NCBI GenBank assembly: GCA_051532055.1
Contig: JAOPTX010000010.1
Span: 126,175 to 167,610 of the forward strand
Direction of reading: 5' to 3'
Length of the DNA stretch: 41,436 nucleotides
Origin: Fibrobacterales bacterium
GTDB taxonomy: Bacteria; Fibrobacterota; Fibrobacteria; Fibrobacterales; JAOPTW01
Position numbers and translations under genes: made by a program. Shown here in pieces: positions 26,721 to 35,979 of the stretch. The notes under the pieces are model-generated. The model worked only from the letters and a program-made list of their open reading frames with translations. It was not told where the DNA came from and did no database searches. Every line of letters begins with the position of its first letter. The first letter of the stretch is position 1.

Positions 26721-26967
26721 AGTGACTTCTCCTGAATAGTTGTGGCATTTAATGTGTGGCCTATCATAAATGAAAAAAAATGAGTTGTAAAAGAGGCCAG
26801 ATGCCATATAAATTATAGGGCAAATAATTTAGAAATCCAGGAAAGAAAATGAGTTGAAATAGTGTTAATATTTGTTCACAAAAGGGCAATACAACAGGTG
26901 TTTCTGTATTGTAAACAGTGTAGCCATATAAAAGTCACATTCTTACCCCTAGTAACATATATAGCGT

Positions 26968-26995
26968 TTGACTTTTCGCATAAACAAGCTAAATT
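26968..26995 (+). promoter_or_regulatory. Possible sigma-70 promoter of the GH-A lipoprotein gene
   Basis: TTGACT-N16-TAAATT, 30 bp upstream of ATG 27026. Confidence 0.4.
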
Positions 26996-27025
26996 ATCCC
27001 TAAATCAATATATTAAGGTTGTATA

Positions 27026-29761
27026 ATGCGTCCAATATCAATCCTCGCAGTGGTTGGTCTGGTAAGTATTTTCGCAGGTTGCGGAAATCCTCCACCACCA
27101 TCAAAAGAAGAATCAAAAATTCAGCTTCGTGACTACGGATCTGAGATCATTGTAGACTACGATAAGTATGGGACATACCTCAATGCTGGTACCCCAGAAT
27201 TCTCCTATCGAGCAGATGATATTCGCGGTCTTAAAAAAGCGGTTGGTGAAGGCATTTACCCTAACATGTATGGTGTAGAGAAGAATCCTCTGCATAAAGA
27301 AATCAAAGGCCGTAAGGACTTCAAACGTGATCATTGGGATCTTGAAAATGAGGCGTCATATGAGCTTCGTTTCTTTAGATGGCCACGTGCCTGGGAGGCC
27401 CTCGGTGTTCGTCAGCTTTTTATTGCAAAAGCTCTTGCTGAAGGCGGCTATGTAGAACAAGCTATTAAAGCTTACTACGCATGTCTTTTGACATTTCCTC
27501 GTGGATATGGATACCTTGCTGATGGTAAAACCACTTGGTGGATTGCTCCTGCTGCAATAAATAACATTAAAATTCTCATTGGAAAAAATCCAGAGCTCGG
27601 CCTGCGTTATGAAGGTAATCCATATGCTATTGAAAAAGCTGATGGTAAACTCTATGTGAATCCAGGTAAAATTGCTGGTGACATTGTTGGTAAAGCAAGT
27701 GGACTTAATTTGGGTGTTACGGAAGTTCAAATTGATAACGAGCTTTTTAAACAACCACTTAAACTTACCAACTACGGTAAATCAATTCTTGATATTGATT
27801 ATTCTAAGTTTGGAACGTTTGAGAAAGTGGGAACCAATGATTATAACTACACTCTAGAAGACTCTGCAGGGCTCGCAGCTGCAGTAGGTGAAGGTGTTTG
27901 GCCGAACGTAAGTGATGTAAAAGAGAACCCTCTTTATAAAGAACTCGACGAAGCGGGGCTTCTGAAAGGGCATGCTTGGGAGCATACCAGTGCAGGTGTT
28001 CCAATGAGCCAGTACTTTAAATGGGCGACAAATAACGACCAAGCTCCTGGTGTTAAAATGTTCTACATGGCTGAAGGTCTTCGTAAAGCTGGTACCGCTC
28101 AAAAAGATACCCGTCTTATTGAGCAAGCAGTTAAAGCATTCCACTCAGTTCTTCTTCACTTCCCTGAAACTCCAGTGTACGCTCCTGATGGATCATACCT
28201 TTGGTATGCGGGTAAAGCAAGTCTTGATATTATTCACGTAATGCTCAGAGACTTCCCACAAATTGGCGCAGAGCATAGACCACTTCTTAAAAAACATAGA
28301 TGGCCAGTACTCAGAATTACAAATGAGTATGACCTTACTATTGAGAATGATATAAAAATCATTGATCCAGGTAAGATTGTGAAAGCACCAAAAGTTAAAC
28401 TTAAGCCTGTTGATGTTTCAAAACTTAAAGTTGTTGAGCAACGGTGTGGTGGTAAAAAATCTGGTGATTATAACTGTAAAGCGAAAGTACACCTTAAAAA
28501 ATATTCAAACGGTCACTGGCAGCTGTTTGTTGACGGTAAAGCGACTACCGTTAAAGCAATTACCTATGACCCAACTATGATTGGTGAATCAGCATACAAT
28601 GAAAGTATCGAAAACTGGCAGTTCCAGGATGAAGATAAAAATGGTAAAATTGATGCGCCATACGATGCATGGGTAGATAAAAATAGAAATAACAAACAAG
28701 ATGCTGATGAGCCATCTGTTGGTGACTTTCAACTCTTGAAAGACATGGGTGCAAACTCAATTCGTTTCTTCTACAAGCCATACAAAGAAGTAGTGAACGG
28801 AAATACTACGTGGCATTACATCAGTGAAGAGAAAGCAAAAACATTTTGTAAAATTGATCGCCCTGATGATCATAAATGTCATCCGTCACTCAACAAGCCA
28901 CTTCTGAGAGACCTTTGGAAAACCTATGGTATTAAAGCTATGATTGGTGATTTCCTTGGTGCATATACTGTAGGTTCTGGTGCAGACTGGTTTACAGGAA
29001 CTGACTACACTAATGAAGAACAGAAAACAAAAATGAGAAATCTTGTAAGAGATCTTGTTTCTGACAATAAAGATGAAGACTACATGCAGTTTTGGATTCT
29101 TGGTAATGAGAATAACATGAACAATGGTCATGGTGGTATCAATGCAACGAAAACTCTAGCAGGTGAGCAGCCTGAAGAGTTCGGTACATTCCTTACTGAG
29201 ATTGCAGAAATGATCCATGAGATTGATCCAGATCATCCAGTAGTTATCGGTAACCTTGAAACACAACTTATTGAGTATTATGAGCAGTATGCACATGGTA
29301 TTGATATTGTCGGTGTGAATTCATATCGTGGTGAGATGGGTTTTGGACTTCTTTTTGATCAGGTACGTGATGTGTTTGACCGCCCAGTAATGATCACTGA
29401 GTACGGTTCAGACATGTTGAACTTTGCACAAGTGGGATCTATTTGGGACGAAAAATCTCAAACTCGTTACCATAAAGGTACATGGAGTGATATCTACTAT
29501 AACCGTGCTGGTCATATTGGCTCAGGAAACTCTATTGGTGGTATTGCATTTGAGTGGCTTGATGAATGGTGGAAATCAAATCAAGGTGCTGCAGACATGC
29601 ATGACCAAGTACAAGATTCTCCAATGGCATTCCAAGATGGCTGGTCATCTGAAGAATGGCTAGGGCTTATGGGTCAAGGTGATGGAAGAAGTTCTCCATT
29701 TTTACGAGACGCACGCAAAGCATACTATTGGTACATGAAGACTTGGAATAAAATCCAATAA
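27026..29761 (+). CDS. Clan GH-A (GH2-like TIM barrel) glycoside hydrolase lipoprotein with duplicated TPR-containing N-terminal domain
   Basis: Lipobox FAGC; DFQLLKDMGANSIR, WILGNEN (acid/base), IHEIDPDHPV, GVNSYRG, MITEYG (nucleophile) and FEWLDEWWK; two ~200-aa N-terminal repeats. Confidence 0.8.
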   Translation: MRPISILAVVGLVSIFAGCGNPPPPSKEESKIQLRDYGSEIIVDYDKYGTYLNAGTPEFSYRADDIRGLKKAVGEGIYPNMYGVEKNPLHKEIKGRKDFKRDHWDLENEASYELRFFRWPRAWEALGVRQLFIAKALAEGGYVEQAIKAYYACLLTFPRGYGYLADGKTTWWIAPAAINNIKILIGKNPELGLRYEGNPYAIEKADGKLYVNPGKIAGDIVGKASGLNLGVTEVQIDNELFKQPLKLTNYGKSILDIDYSKFGTFEKVGTNDYNYTLEDSAGLAAAVGEGVWPNVSDVKENPLYKELDEAGLLKGHAWEHTSAGVPMSQYFKWATNNDQAPGVKMFYMAEGLRKAGTAQKDTRLIEQAVKAFHSVLLHFPETPVYAPDGSYLWYAGKASLDIIHVMLRDFPQIGAEHRPLLKKHRWPVLRITNEYDLTIENDIKIIDPGKIVKAPKVKLKPVDVSKLKVVEQRCGGKKSGDYNCKAKVHLKKYSNGHWQLFVDGKATTVKAITYDPTMIGESAYNESIENWQFQDEDKNGKIDAPYDAWVDKNRNNKQDADEPSVGDFQLLKDMGANSIRFFYKPYKEVVNGNTTWHYISEEKAKTFCKIDRPDDHKCHPSLNKPLLRDLWKTYGIKAMIGDFLGAYTVGSGADWFTGTDYTNEEQKTKMRNLVRDLVSDNKDEDYMQFWILGNENNMNNGHGGINATKTLAGEQPEEFGTFLTEIAEMIHEIDPDHPVVIGNLETQLIEYYEQYAHGIDIVGVNSYRGEMGFGLLFDQVRDVFDRPVMITEYGSDMLNFAQVGSIWDEKSQTRYHKGTWSDIYYNRAGHIGSGNSIGGIAFEWLDEWWKSNQGAADMHDQVQDSPMAFQDGWSSEEWLGLMGQGDGRSSPFLRDARKAYYWYMKTWNKIQ

Positions 29762-29788
29762 TCAAGTAACAGAGTCACAAAGTATTTT

Positions 29789-29822
29789 AAAGGCCAGAAG
29801 CGATTGCTTCTGGCCTTTTTTT
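29789..29822 (+). terminator. Rho-independent terminator
   Basis: AAAGGCCAGAAGC-GATT-GCTTCTGGCCTTT followed by a T-run. Confidence 0.9.
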
Positions 29823-29927
29823 GTTTGATCATATATAGTGAAAGAATGATGAAAGGTGACTTAAGCTTAATTATATGAGGATTCTTATTGAGCGTGGCTC
29901 ATGAAGCTCATAATAGATAGATTTTGA

Positions 29928-30449
29928 TTAGCGCTTCAAAGGAGGGAGGTCGAAGGTTCGTCGTACTTCTTGTACTTTTTCTATAAACTTCTTCTCTTTA
30001 TGGAATATTCGGTTGAGAGCGCTCGACGTGAGCTTGAATAATTGTGCGGTGGCTTTAAGCTCCCCGTTTTGCATGACGAGTACATCAAGTACCTGTTTGA
30101 TGAAAAGGTAGTAGAGAGGGTTCTTAATACTAATTCGTGTCTCACTTCCAGGGAATTGAATGGTTGTGAAGTCTGTTATTGTATGACGTTCACCGAGGGC
30201 GATAGAGATCTTTAGCTTGCGTACAGCATCAACGGTATTGGCCTTGGGACTTCGCTGCTCACATGACGTTGTTTCATAGGAGGTACCCGTAAGAGTGAGT
30301 CGTATACCCGACTTAACTTTATTGCGCTTTTGGCCACCCGCACCTTGAGATTGGTAGTTCGAGGAACGACACCGTTTGAGGAGGTCTTCTGACGATAAGG
30401 TAAGAAGTGTTGTTACTTCACTGTAATCCATGGGGGTTCTTTTACTCAA
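29928..30449 (-). CDS. Peptide chain release factor-like protein (RF-1 GGQ domain, ArfB/PrfH-like)
   Basis: SQGAGGQKRNKVKSGIRL, EQRS..N..A..KL, plus a C-terminal helical extension. Confidence 0.8.
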   Translation of the reverse strand: MSKRTPMDYSEVTTLLTLSSEDLLKRCRSSNYQSQGAGGQKRNKVKSGIRLTLTGTSYETTSCEQRSPKANTVDAVRKLKISIALGERHTITDFTTIQFPGSETRISIKNPLYYLFIKQVLDVLVMQNGELKATAQLFKLTSSALNRIFHKEKKFIEKVQEVRRTFDLPPLKR

Positions 30450-31227
30450 GAATTTTCATATAGAGTCCACGGCGAGACTCTTTGAGGTATTGGTCTATAG
30501 CCCCTGAATCTTTAAGTTTTTGGAGACCTCGATTAAACTTTTTGAGGAGCTCTGGAGTGCGAGGATTCTTTTTTGAAAAAATAAGGTGTGTTGGCTTTGA
30601 TGAGAATCTCTGAGGGCTATGAGTAATGGTAAGAGTTTGCTTTTTGGTGAACTTACTGTGAAGTAAGTAGTAACCTACATCAATATTTAAAGGAACGGCA
30701 TCAAATCGTTTGCCAACCAATTTTTTGAGATTCATTTCATCAGAAGCGGCAAATTCTACTGTGAGTATGCTGTCTTCAATTGCCTTATAGAATTCACTAG
30801 TATAGGTGTAACTTTTTGTTGCCCCCAGAGAGAACTGTTTAAGATCAGAAAGAGTGTTCCAGTTAACGGGGTTCTCTTTTCTATGAAAGAGAACATACGT
30901 AGAATGGTAGAGGGGGTCGCTGTATTTAACGTCTTTTTCACGTTCAATTTTATAAGACCATGTAGCAGAAGCGTCCCATTCTCCACTCGCAACATAGTGG
31001 TAACTGCGTTTCCAAGGGAAAAAGCCATAAATAACAGTAACGCCTTCACTTTCAAATATTTCTGAAATAATTTTGAGTCCCACTCCGGAAAATTGTAACT
31101 CTTGAGAGAGAAATGGTGGATATTCACCCGTTGCGATGGTAATCGTATCATTACAAAAACTAGTTGTACAGGAGAAGAGAAGTACGAATACGAGGGTATA
31201 GCTTAGATATAGTTGTTTGGATGTCAT
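30442..31227 (-). CDS. Periplasmic solute-binding protein, family 3 (orphan)
   Basis: IATGEYPPF, FFPWKR, YSDPL, NLKKLVGKRFD and FNRGLQKLKDSG; signal peptide present. Confidence 0.85.
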   Translation of the reverse strand: MTSKQLYLSYTLVFVLLFSCTTSFCNDTITIATGEYPPFLSQELQFSGVGLKIISEIFESEGVTVIYGFFPWKRSYHYVASGEWDASATWSYKIEREKDVKYSDPLYHSTYVLFHRKENPVNWNTLSDLKQFSLGATKSYTYTSEFYKAIEDSILTVEFAASDEMNLKKLVGKRFDAVPLNIDVGYYLLHSKFTKKQTLTITHSPQRFSSKPTHLIFSKKNPRTPELLKKFNRGLQKLKDSGAIDQYLKESRRGLYMKILE

Positions 31228-31239
31228 AGATAAAAGGTA

Positions 31240-32184
31240 CTATTTTCCCTGTTTATTAAGAAGATTTTGTCTGGCTATGGCAATATTGCGAGCCATTTTG
31301 GGTTTTCCTGCTCTATAGAGTGGGGTATCTTTGAATAGGCGCTTAAAGCCACCCCCATGAGCAAGTATCTTATCCCACTCTTCAAAGGTATTCACAAATT
31401 TAGAATCTTGAGAGAGGGGAGTATCACCGAGGTGTTTTTTGTTCCACGGGCACACTTCAAGGCAGATATCACACCCAAAAATATTGGTACCCATTTTGGA
31501 TGCGAGTTCAGGATCTATGTCACCTTTTTTTTCTATGGTGAGGTAGGAGATGCAGCGGCGTGCATCAATGGAACGATTGTCTTCGATAGCTTGTGTTGGG
31601 CAGGCGTCAATACATTTACGGCAGGCAGCACAGCCATCAGGATAGGTACGTACATCTTTTGTCACTTCTTTATTTATAAAAAAGCCACCGATAAAAAACT
31701 GGCTTCCCGATTTAGGGTGTATGAGATTACTGTGTTTACCTAGCCAACCGAGGCCTGCGCGCACTGCAAGCTCTCGCTCATTTACTGGTGCAGAGTCCAC
31801 AAATGCTTTCATGGAGATTGTTGCATCAATTTCCTTTAATTGATCACCTAACTTAAAGATAAGGGATTTCATTATAGTGTGATAATCGGTACCACGTGCG
31901 TAGGCAGAAATATGTGCTTCTACATCTTGGGTGCCTTTTATAATCGAGTCAGGGTAGCGGTGCAGAAAAATAATGGCACTTTGGGCTTCTGGAAAAAACT
32001 GCTTTGGATCGGTCCTCAGTTCTATGTGGTTTTCCATGAATTGCATTTCACCATTTTTTCCTTGTGAAAGCCACGTTTGGAGAGCTTCGGAGTGGGTGCT
32101 TGGCTCTGGAGTGGCGGTGCCCCAGTGGAGTACTTCGGGTATCTCCTCAAAATAGTTATCAATTAATTCAAAGAGCTGCTCCAT
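31240..32184 (-). CDS. queG: tRNA epoxyqueuosine(34) reductase QueG
   Basis: ISAYARGTDYH, FVDSAPVNERELA..AGLGWLGK, CAACRKCIDACPT, RCISYLTIE and GCDICLEVCPWN. Confidence 0.95.
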   Translation of the reverse strand: MEQLFELIDNYFEEIPEVLHWGTATPEPSTHSEALQTWLSQGKNGEMQFMENHIELRTDPKQFFPEAQSAIIFLHRYPDSIIKGTQDVEAHISAYARGTDYHTIMKSLIFKLGDQLKEIDATISMKAFVDSAPVNERELAVRAGLGWLGKHSNLIHPKSGSQFFIGGFFINKEVTKDVRTYPDGCAACRKCIDACPTQAIEDNRSIDARRCISYLTIEKKGDIDPELASKMGTNIFGCDICLEVCPWNKKHLGDTPLSQDSKFVNTFEEWDKILAHGGGFKRLFKDTPLYRAGKPKMARNIAIARQNLLNKQGK

Positions 32185-32185
32185 C

Positions 32186-33199
32186 CTATGGCCTACTTAA
32201 GGTAATAGCACAGTTTATAGCATCAAGCATACTTCCATGGTGAGCAATGCCTTGCCAAGCGATGTCAAACCCAGTGCCATGATCTACTGAGGTTCTAATA
32301 ATATCAAGCCCGAGAGTGGCATTGACTCCGTTAAGGGTGCGCTTTTCACCTAATGAAAAAGAGAGAGTCTTCGTTACAATATGACCTTGATCATGATACA
32401 TTGCGACAACCCCATCAAAGGTGCCCGCTTTCATCTGAGGAAATACCACATCAGCAGGATAGGGGCCGTGCGCATCAATACCTTTTTGTTGTAATTCAGC
32501 AATGGTAGGAGCGATAATTTCAATCTCTTCACGCCCAAATAAGCCGCCCTCCCCAGCGTGAGGGTTGAGTCCAGCTACGCCAATTTTTGGAGTGCTTTTT
32601 CCTGTAAGTTTAATAAGAAGGTTGTTAAGAAGTTCTGCTGTTTTTGTAATACGGATTGGCTCAACTCTGTCAATAGCCTCTCTGAGAGAGACATGGGTTG
32701 ATACATGAGAGATAACCCATCCTGGTTCAATAAGTGTTAACACTGGATGTGGGTCACCACACATCTCGCCAATATATTCAGTATGTCCTTGAAACCCTGG
32801 AATGGTTGGTTCAATTGCTTCTTTACAGATAGGAGCGGTAACCATTGCTGCCGCATGCCCCTGTTTTAATAGATTCACCGCAGTAGTTATATAACTCAGT
32901 GATACAGCACCAGCCAATTTCGTTATCGTTCCCGGTTGCACTGTTTCACTAAAAGGTGTTGGACAAAGTACCGGAATTGTTTGGGGCTCTACTGGACTAG
33001 TGAGTGAATCAATGGCCACAATGGGGAGTGTCCCCTTCAGGAGTTCAGATGCTTGGGTGAGAACTAAAGGGTCGCCAATAATTATGGGGGTACAGAGGTC
33101 AAAGAGTGAGCTTTCGTTGAAAGAGCGAATGCATACTTCTGGGCCGACACCATTAGGGTCGCCCATAGTAATAAGAATTATTGGTTTTATTGAGCTCAT
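32186..33199 (-). CDS. pdxA: 4-hydroxythreonine-4-phosphate dehydrogenase PdxA family
   Basis: TMGDPNGVGPE, TAPICKE, GHTEY, GLNPHAGE, AMYHDQG and RTSVDHGTGFDIA. Confidence 0.93.
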   Translation of the reverse strand: MSSIKPIILITMGDPNGVGPEVCIRSFNESSLFDLCTPIIIGDPLVLTQASELLKGTLPIVAIDSLTSPVEPQTIPVLCPTPFSETVQPGTITKLAGAVSLSYITTAVNLLKQGHAAAMVTAPICKEAIEPTIPGFQGHTEYIGEMCGDPHPVLTLIEPGWVISHVSTHVSLREAIDRVEPIRITKTAELLNNLLIKLTGKSTPKIGVAGLNPHAGEGGLFGREEIEIIAPTIAELQQKGIDAHGPYPADVVFPQMKAGTFDGVVAMYHDQGHIVTKTLSFSLGEKRTLNGVNATLGLDIIRTSVDHGTGFDIAWQGIAHHGSMLDAINCAITLSRP

Positions 33200-33225
33200 A
33201 AAAATCCTGTAACCGGAGTGTAGGG

Positions 33226-34467
33226 TTAGAGGTAGTCGAGGTGACGCTCTTGCTCTTTTCCGGTCTGCATAAAAGGTTCGATTGCTTGCTCAAATATACC
33301 ATGGCAATAGGCAATTGTCATCCCGTAGTTGGTAATAGGTATCACATTATCCACACCTGGTTTGACGCGGTTGATCAATTGTTTCCGTGTCAGCATGCAA
33401 CCACCACATTGCACAATAAGGCTGTACTCTTTAATGTCTTTAGGTGCTTGATTAAACCCTGCTACAATATCATAATTGAGTGTAAGGCCAGTAAAATTTG
33501 AGAGCCAGCGAGGTATTTTAACCCGTCCAATATCGTCACCCGTTACATGGTGTGAGCAGGATTCGAGTATGAGAACATTGTCATTCTCTTTTAATGTTGA
33601 AATTTGGCGCGTTCCTTCAATGAACATATTGAAGTCACCCTTCATGCGAGCAAAGAGTATACTGAAACTTGTGAGGGGGATACCCTTGGGTATCGATGCG
33701 GAAGCCTTCAGAAAAATTTGACTGTCAGTAATAACCAGCTTCGGTTTCATATTATACTTTTTAAAAAAGATATCGAGCTCTCGCTCTTTCATCATGACGA
33801 CCATGCACTCATTGTCGAGGGCGTCTCTAATAGTTTGTACCTGTGGAAGAATGATGCGCCCTTTAGGGGCTTCAATATCAATAGGAGTTACTAAAACGAC
33901 CACATCACCATAACTGACAAGGTCACCCAGAATAGAGGGGTTGTTGTAGGATGATGTGGGTAGGTTTTTCTTTATGGATGCAATAACTTCACGAACATTA
34001 GTGCGTTCGATAGTACTGAATTCAAGAATGTCATCTGCGGTAGTTTTCTCAGTTAAATGTTCTTTGAGCTCTTTGCTGAGAGGCTCTACATCTGATTTGT
34101 TGTGAATGATAATGAACGGAGTATTCTTTTTGTCGAGGAGTTTTATAATCCCTTGCTCGTGTTCATCAAAACTGTTTTCAGAGATAATAACAATACCAAT
34201 ATCAATTTTTGGAATCGTTTTTTGTGTGGCTTCAATTCGTTTTTGTCCAATCTCACCTTCGTCATCAACTCCTGCGGTATCGATAAGGATGACGGGGCCA
34301 ACCTCTGCAAGTTCCATGGTTTTATTGACCGGATCAGTTGTGGTACCTGCATAGTCAGAAACAATAGCAATATCTTGGTTGGAAAGAGCATTGATAAATG
34401 AACTTTTACCAACGTTTCGTTTGCCAAAAATTCCGATGTGAGGTTTTAAACTTTTCAAATTTGCCAT
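33226..34467 (-). CDS. hydF: [FeFe]-hydrogenase H-cluster maturation GTPase HydF
   Basis: GKRNVGKS, GTTTDPV, DTAG, NKSD, APKGRIILPQVQ, ESCSHH...QCGGCM and TNYG. Likely start is ATG 34467. Confidence 0.95.
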   Translation of the reverse strand: MANLKSLKPHIGIFGKRNVGKSSFINALSNQDIAIVSDYAGTTTDPVNKTMELAEVGPVILIDTAGVDDEGEIGQKRIEATQKTIPKIDIGIVIISENSFDEHEQGIIKLLDKKNTPFIIIHNKSDVEPLSKELKEHLTEKTTADDILEFSTIERTNVREVIASIKKNLPTSSYNNPSILGDLVSYGDVVVLVTPIDIEAPKGRIILPQVQTIRDALDNECMVVMMKERELDIFFKKYNMKPKLVITDSQIFLKASASIPKGIPLTSFSILFARMKGDFNMFIEGTRQISTLKENDNVLILESCSHHVTGDDIGRVKIPRWLSNFTGLTLNYDIVAGFNQAPKDIKEYSLIVQCGGCMLTRKQLINRVKPGVDNVIPITNYGMTIAYCHGIFEQAIEPFMQTGKEQERHLDYL

Positions 34468-34518
34468 GCTATCTCTCTCAGTATACGTATCATTCAAAAC
34501 TTATGCTTGAGTGATTTA

Positions 34519-35967
34519 TTATTGTTCGTGTGCTTTTTTGATGTCACTATAGACAAAGCCGAGTTGCAATAATTTGCTGGGGTTTAAAATATCATCCAAT
34601 GACTCGGTTGGTAAGTAGTTTGTTTTTTCAACAGCCTCATGAATGGTAATGTGGTCATTTTTAATGAGGTGTGCAATTGCTGAGGCTTTGTTGTATCCAA
34701 TGTATGGGACAAGGGCGGTCGCTATTGAAGGACTTCTGAGGAGGCGTTCAGCAGAACGGTTTTTATCAATAGTGAGTCCCTCAAGTAAGTTGGTTCGAAA
34801 GGTGTCACAGGATGCAGTGAGTTGTTCGATGGTACTGATGATTGCAGTTCCAATGGTTGGAATATAAGCATTGAGATCAAGATATCCCATGCCACAGAGT
34901 GCGGTGAGTTTTGCATCATTTGCATAGACTTCATGACTCACTGAAATTACATACTCGGCAATAACAGGGTTCACTTTGCCGGGCATTATTGAACTCCCTA
35001 CTTGCCGTGCAGGGATAGTCATATCACTTTCATGAAATGTGTCTGCACTGAGTGCACGTATGTCGTTTGCTGCCTTTTCAAGATTAACTGCAAGAGATTT
35101 GAGGATCGCATGTACCTCCACGAAAGGGTCAAGGTTGCAGGTTGTGTCTTGTAAATTGTCACCACGACTCAGGGGGAGTTGTGTTTCGTGTCGAAGGTTC
35201 TCAATTACTTCAAAAATAAAATACTTTGGAACAGTAATTCCAGTGCCAATGGCGCTCCCCCCAATGTTGATGACCTTAATGCGTTCCATACACTTGGAAA
35301 TGCGCCACCAATCACGTGAAAGGGCTTCTTGGTAGGTGCTGAAAAGTTTTCCGTAAGAAGAAGGTACAGCCTCTTGCATCTGAGTGTAGGCGATTCGGAG
35401 GGTATCGCGGTATTCGCGTTCAAGGCCTTCAAAACTTTGACGAATAAGGTCAACAGATTTTTCAAGATCAATAAGGAGGGTCATGACTGCTATTTTAAGG
35501 GCAGATGGAATAACATCGTTGGTGGATTGGTAGATGTTGGCCTGTTCAATAGGGTCAATTTCTAAGTAGTTTCCCGGAGTTGAGTCAAGGAGCTGGAGTG
35601 CACGGTTCGCTATGATCTCGTTGACATTCATATTGAAGCTCGTCCCGGCTCCGCCACATACACCTGGTACAATAAAGTCTTTAAAGTGGGCACCGGTTTG
35701 AACTTCGGCAGCGGCTTGGGTTAGAGCGTCGACCGTTTTACTAGAAATAAATGATGACTCAGTTTCTGGGTACTTTTTGCCCATCTCTCTGGTGTACTTT
35801 TGATAGGTTTCGTAGCAACTCTTTTTTACTAAACCAATTGCTCGATACCAACTTTTTGGGAATGGTGTGCTGTGGGGAAAGTTACTTCGAGCACGAATGC
35901 TATGTATACCGTATAGGGCTCCATCGTCGATGGATACTTCACCTAGAAAATCCTTCTCAGTTCTCAT
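34519..35967 (-). CDS. aspA: Aspartate ammonia-lyase (fumarase/aspartase family)
   Basis: MRTEKDFLG, YGIHS.RA..NF, GGAGTS.NMNVNE, QSTNDV and signature GSSIMPGKVNP. Confidence 0.88.
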   Translation of the reverse strand: MRTEKDFLGEVSIDDGALYGIHSIRARSNFPHSTPFPKSWYRAIGLVKKSCYETYQKYTREMGKKYPETESSFISSKTVDALTQAAAEVQTGAHFKDFIVPGVCGGAGTSFNMNVNEIIANRALQLLDSTPGNYLEIDPIEQANIYQSTNDVIPSALKIAVMTLLIDLEKSVDLIRQSFEGLEREYRDTLRIAYTQMQEAVPSSYGKLFSTYQEALSRDWWRISKCMERIKVINIGGSAIGTGITVPKYFIFEVIENLRHETQLPLSRGDNLQDTTCNLDPFVEVHAILKSLAVNLEKAANDIRALSADTFHESDMTIPARQVGSSIMPGKVNPVIAEYVISVSHEVYANDAKLTALCGMGYLDLNAYIPTIGTAIISTIEQLTASCDTFRTNLLEGLTIDKNRSAERLLRSPSIATALVPYIGYNKASAIAHLIKNDHITIHEAVEKTNYLPTESLDDILNPSKLLQLGFVYSDIKKAHEQ

Positions 35968-35979
35968 TGGGGCCTCGGG

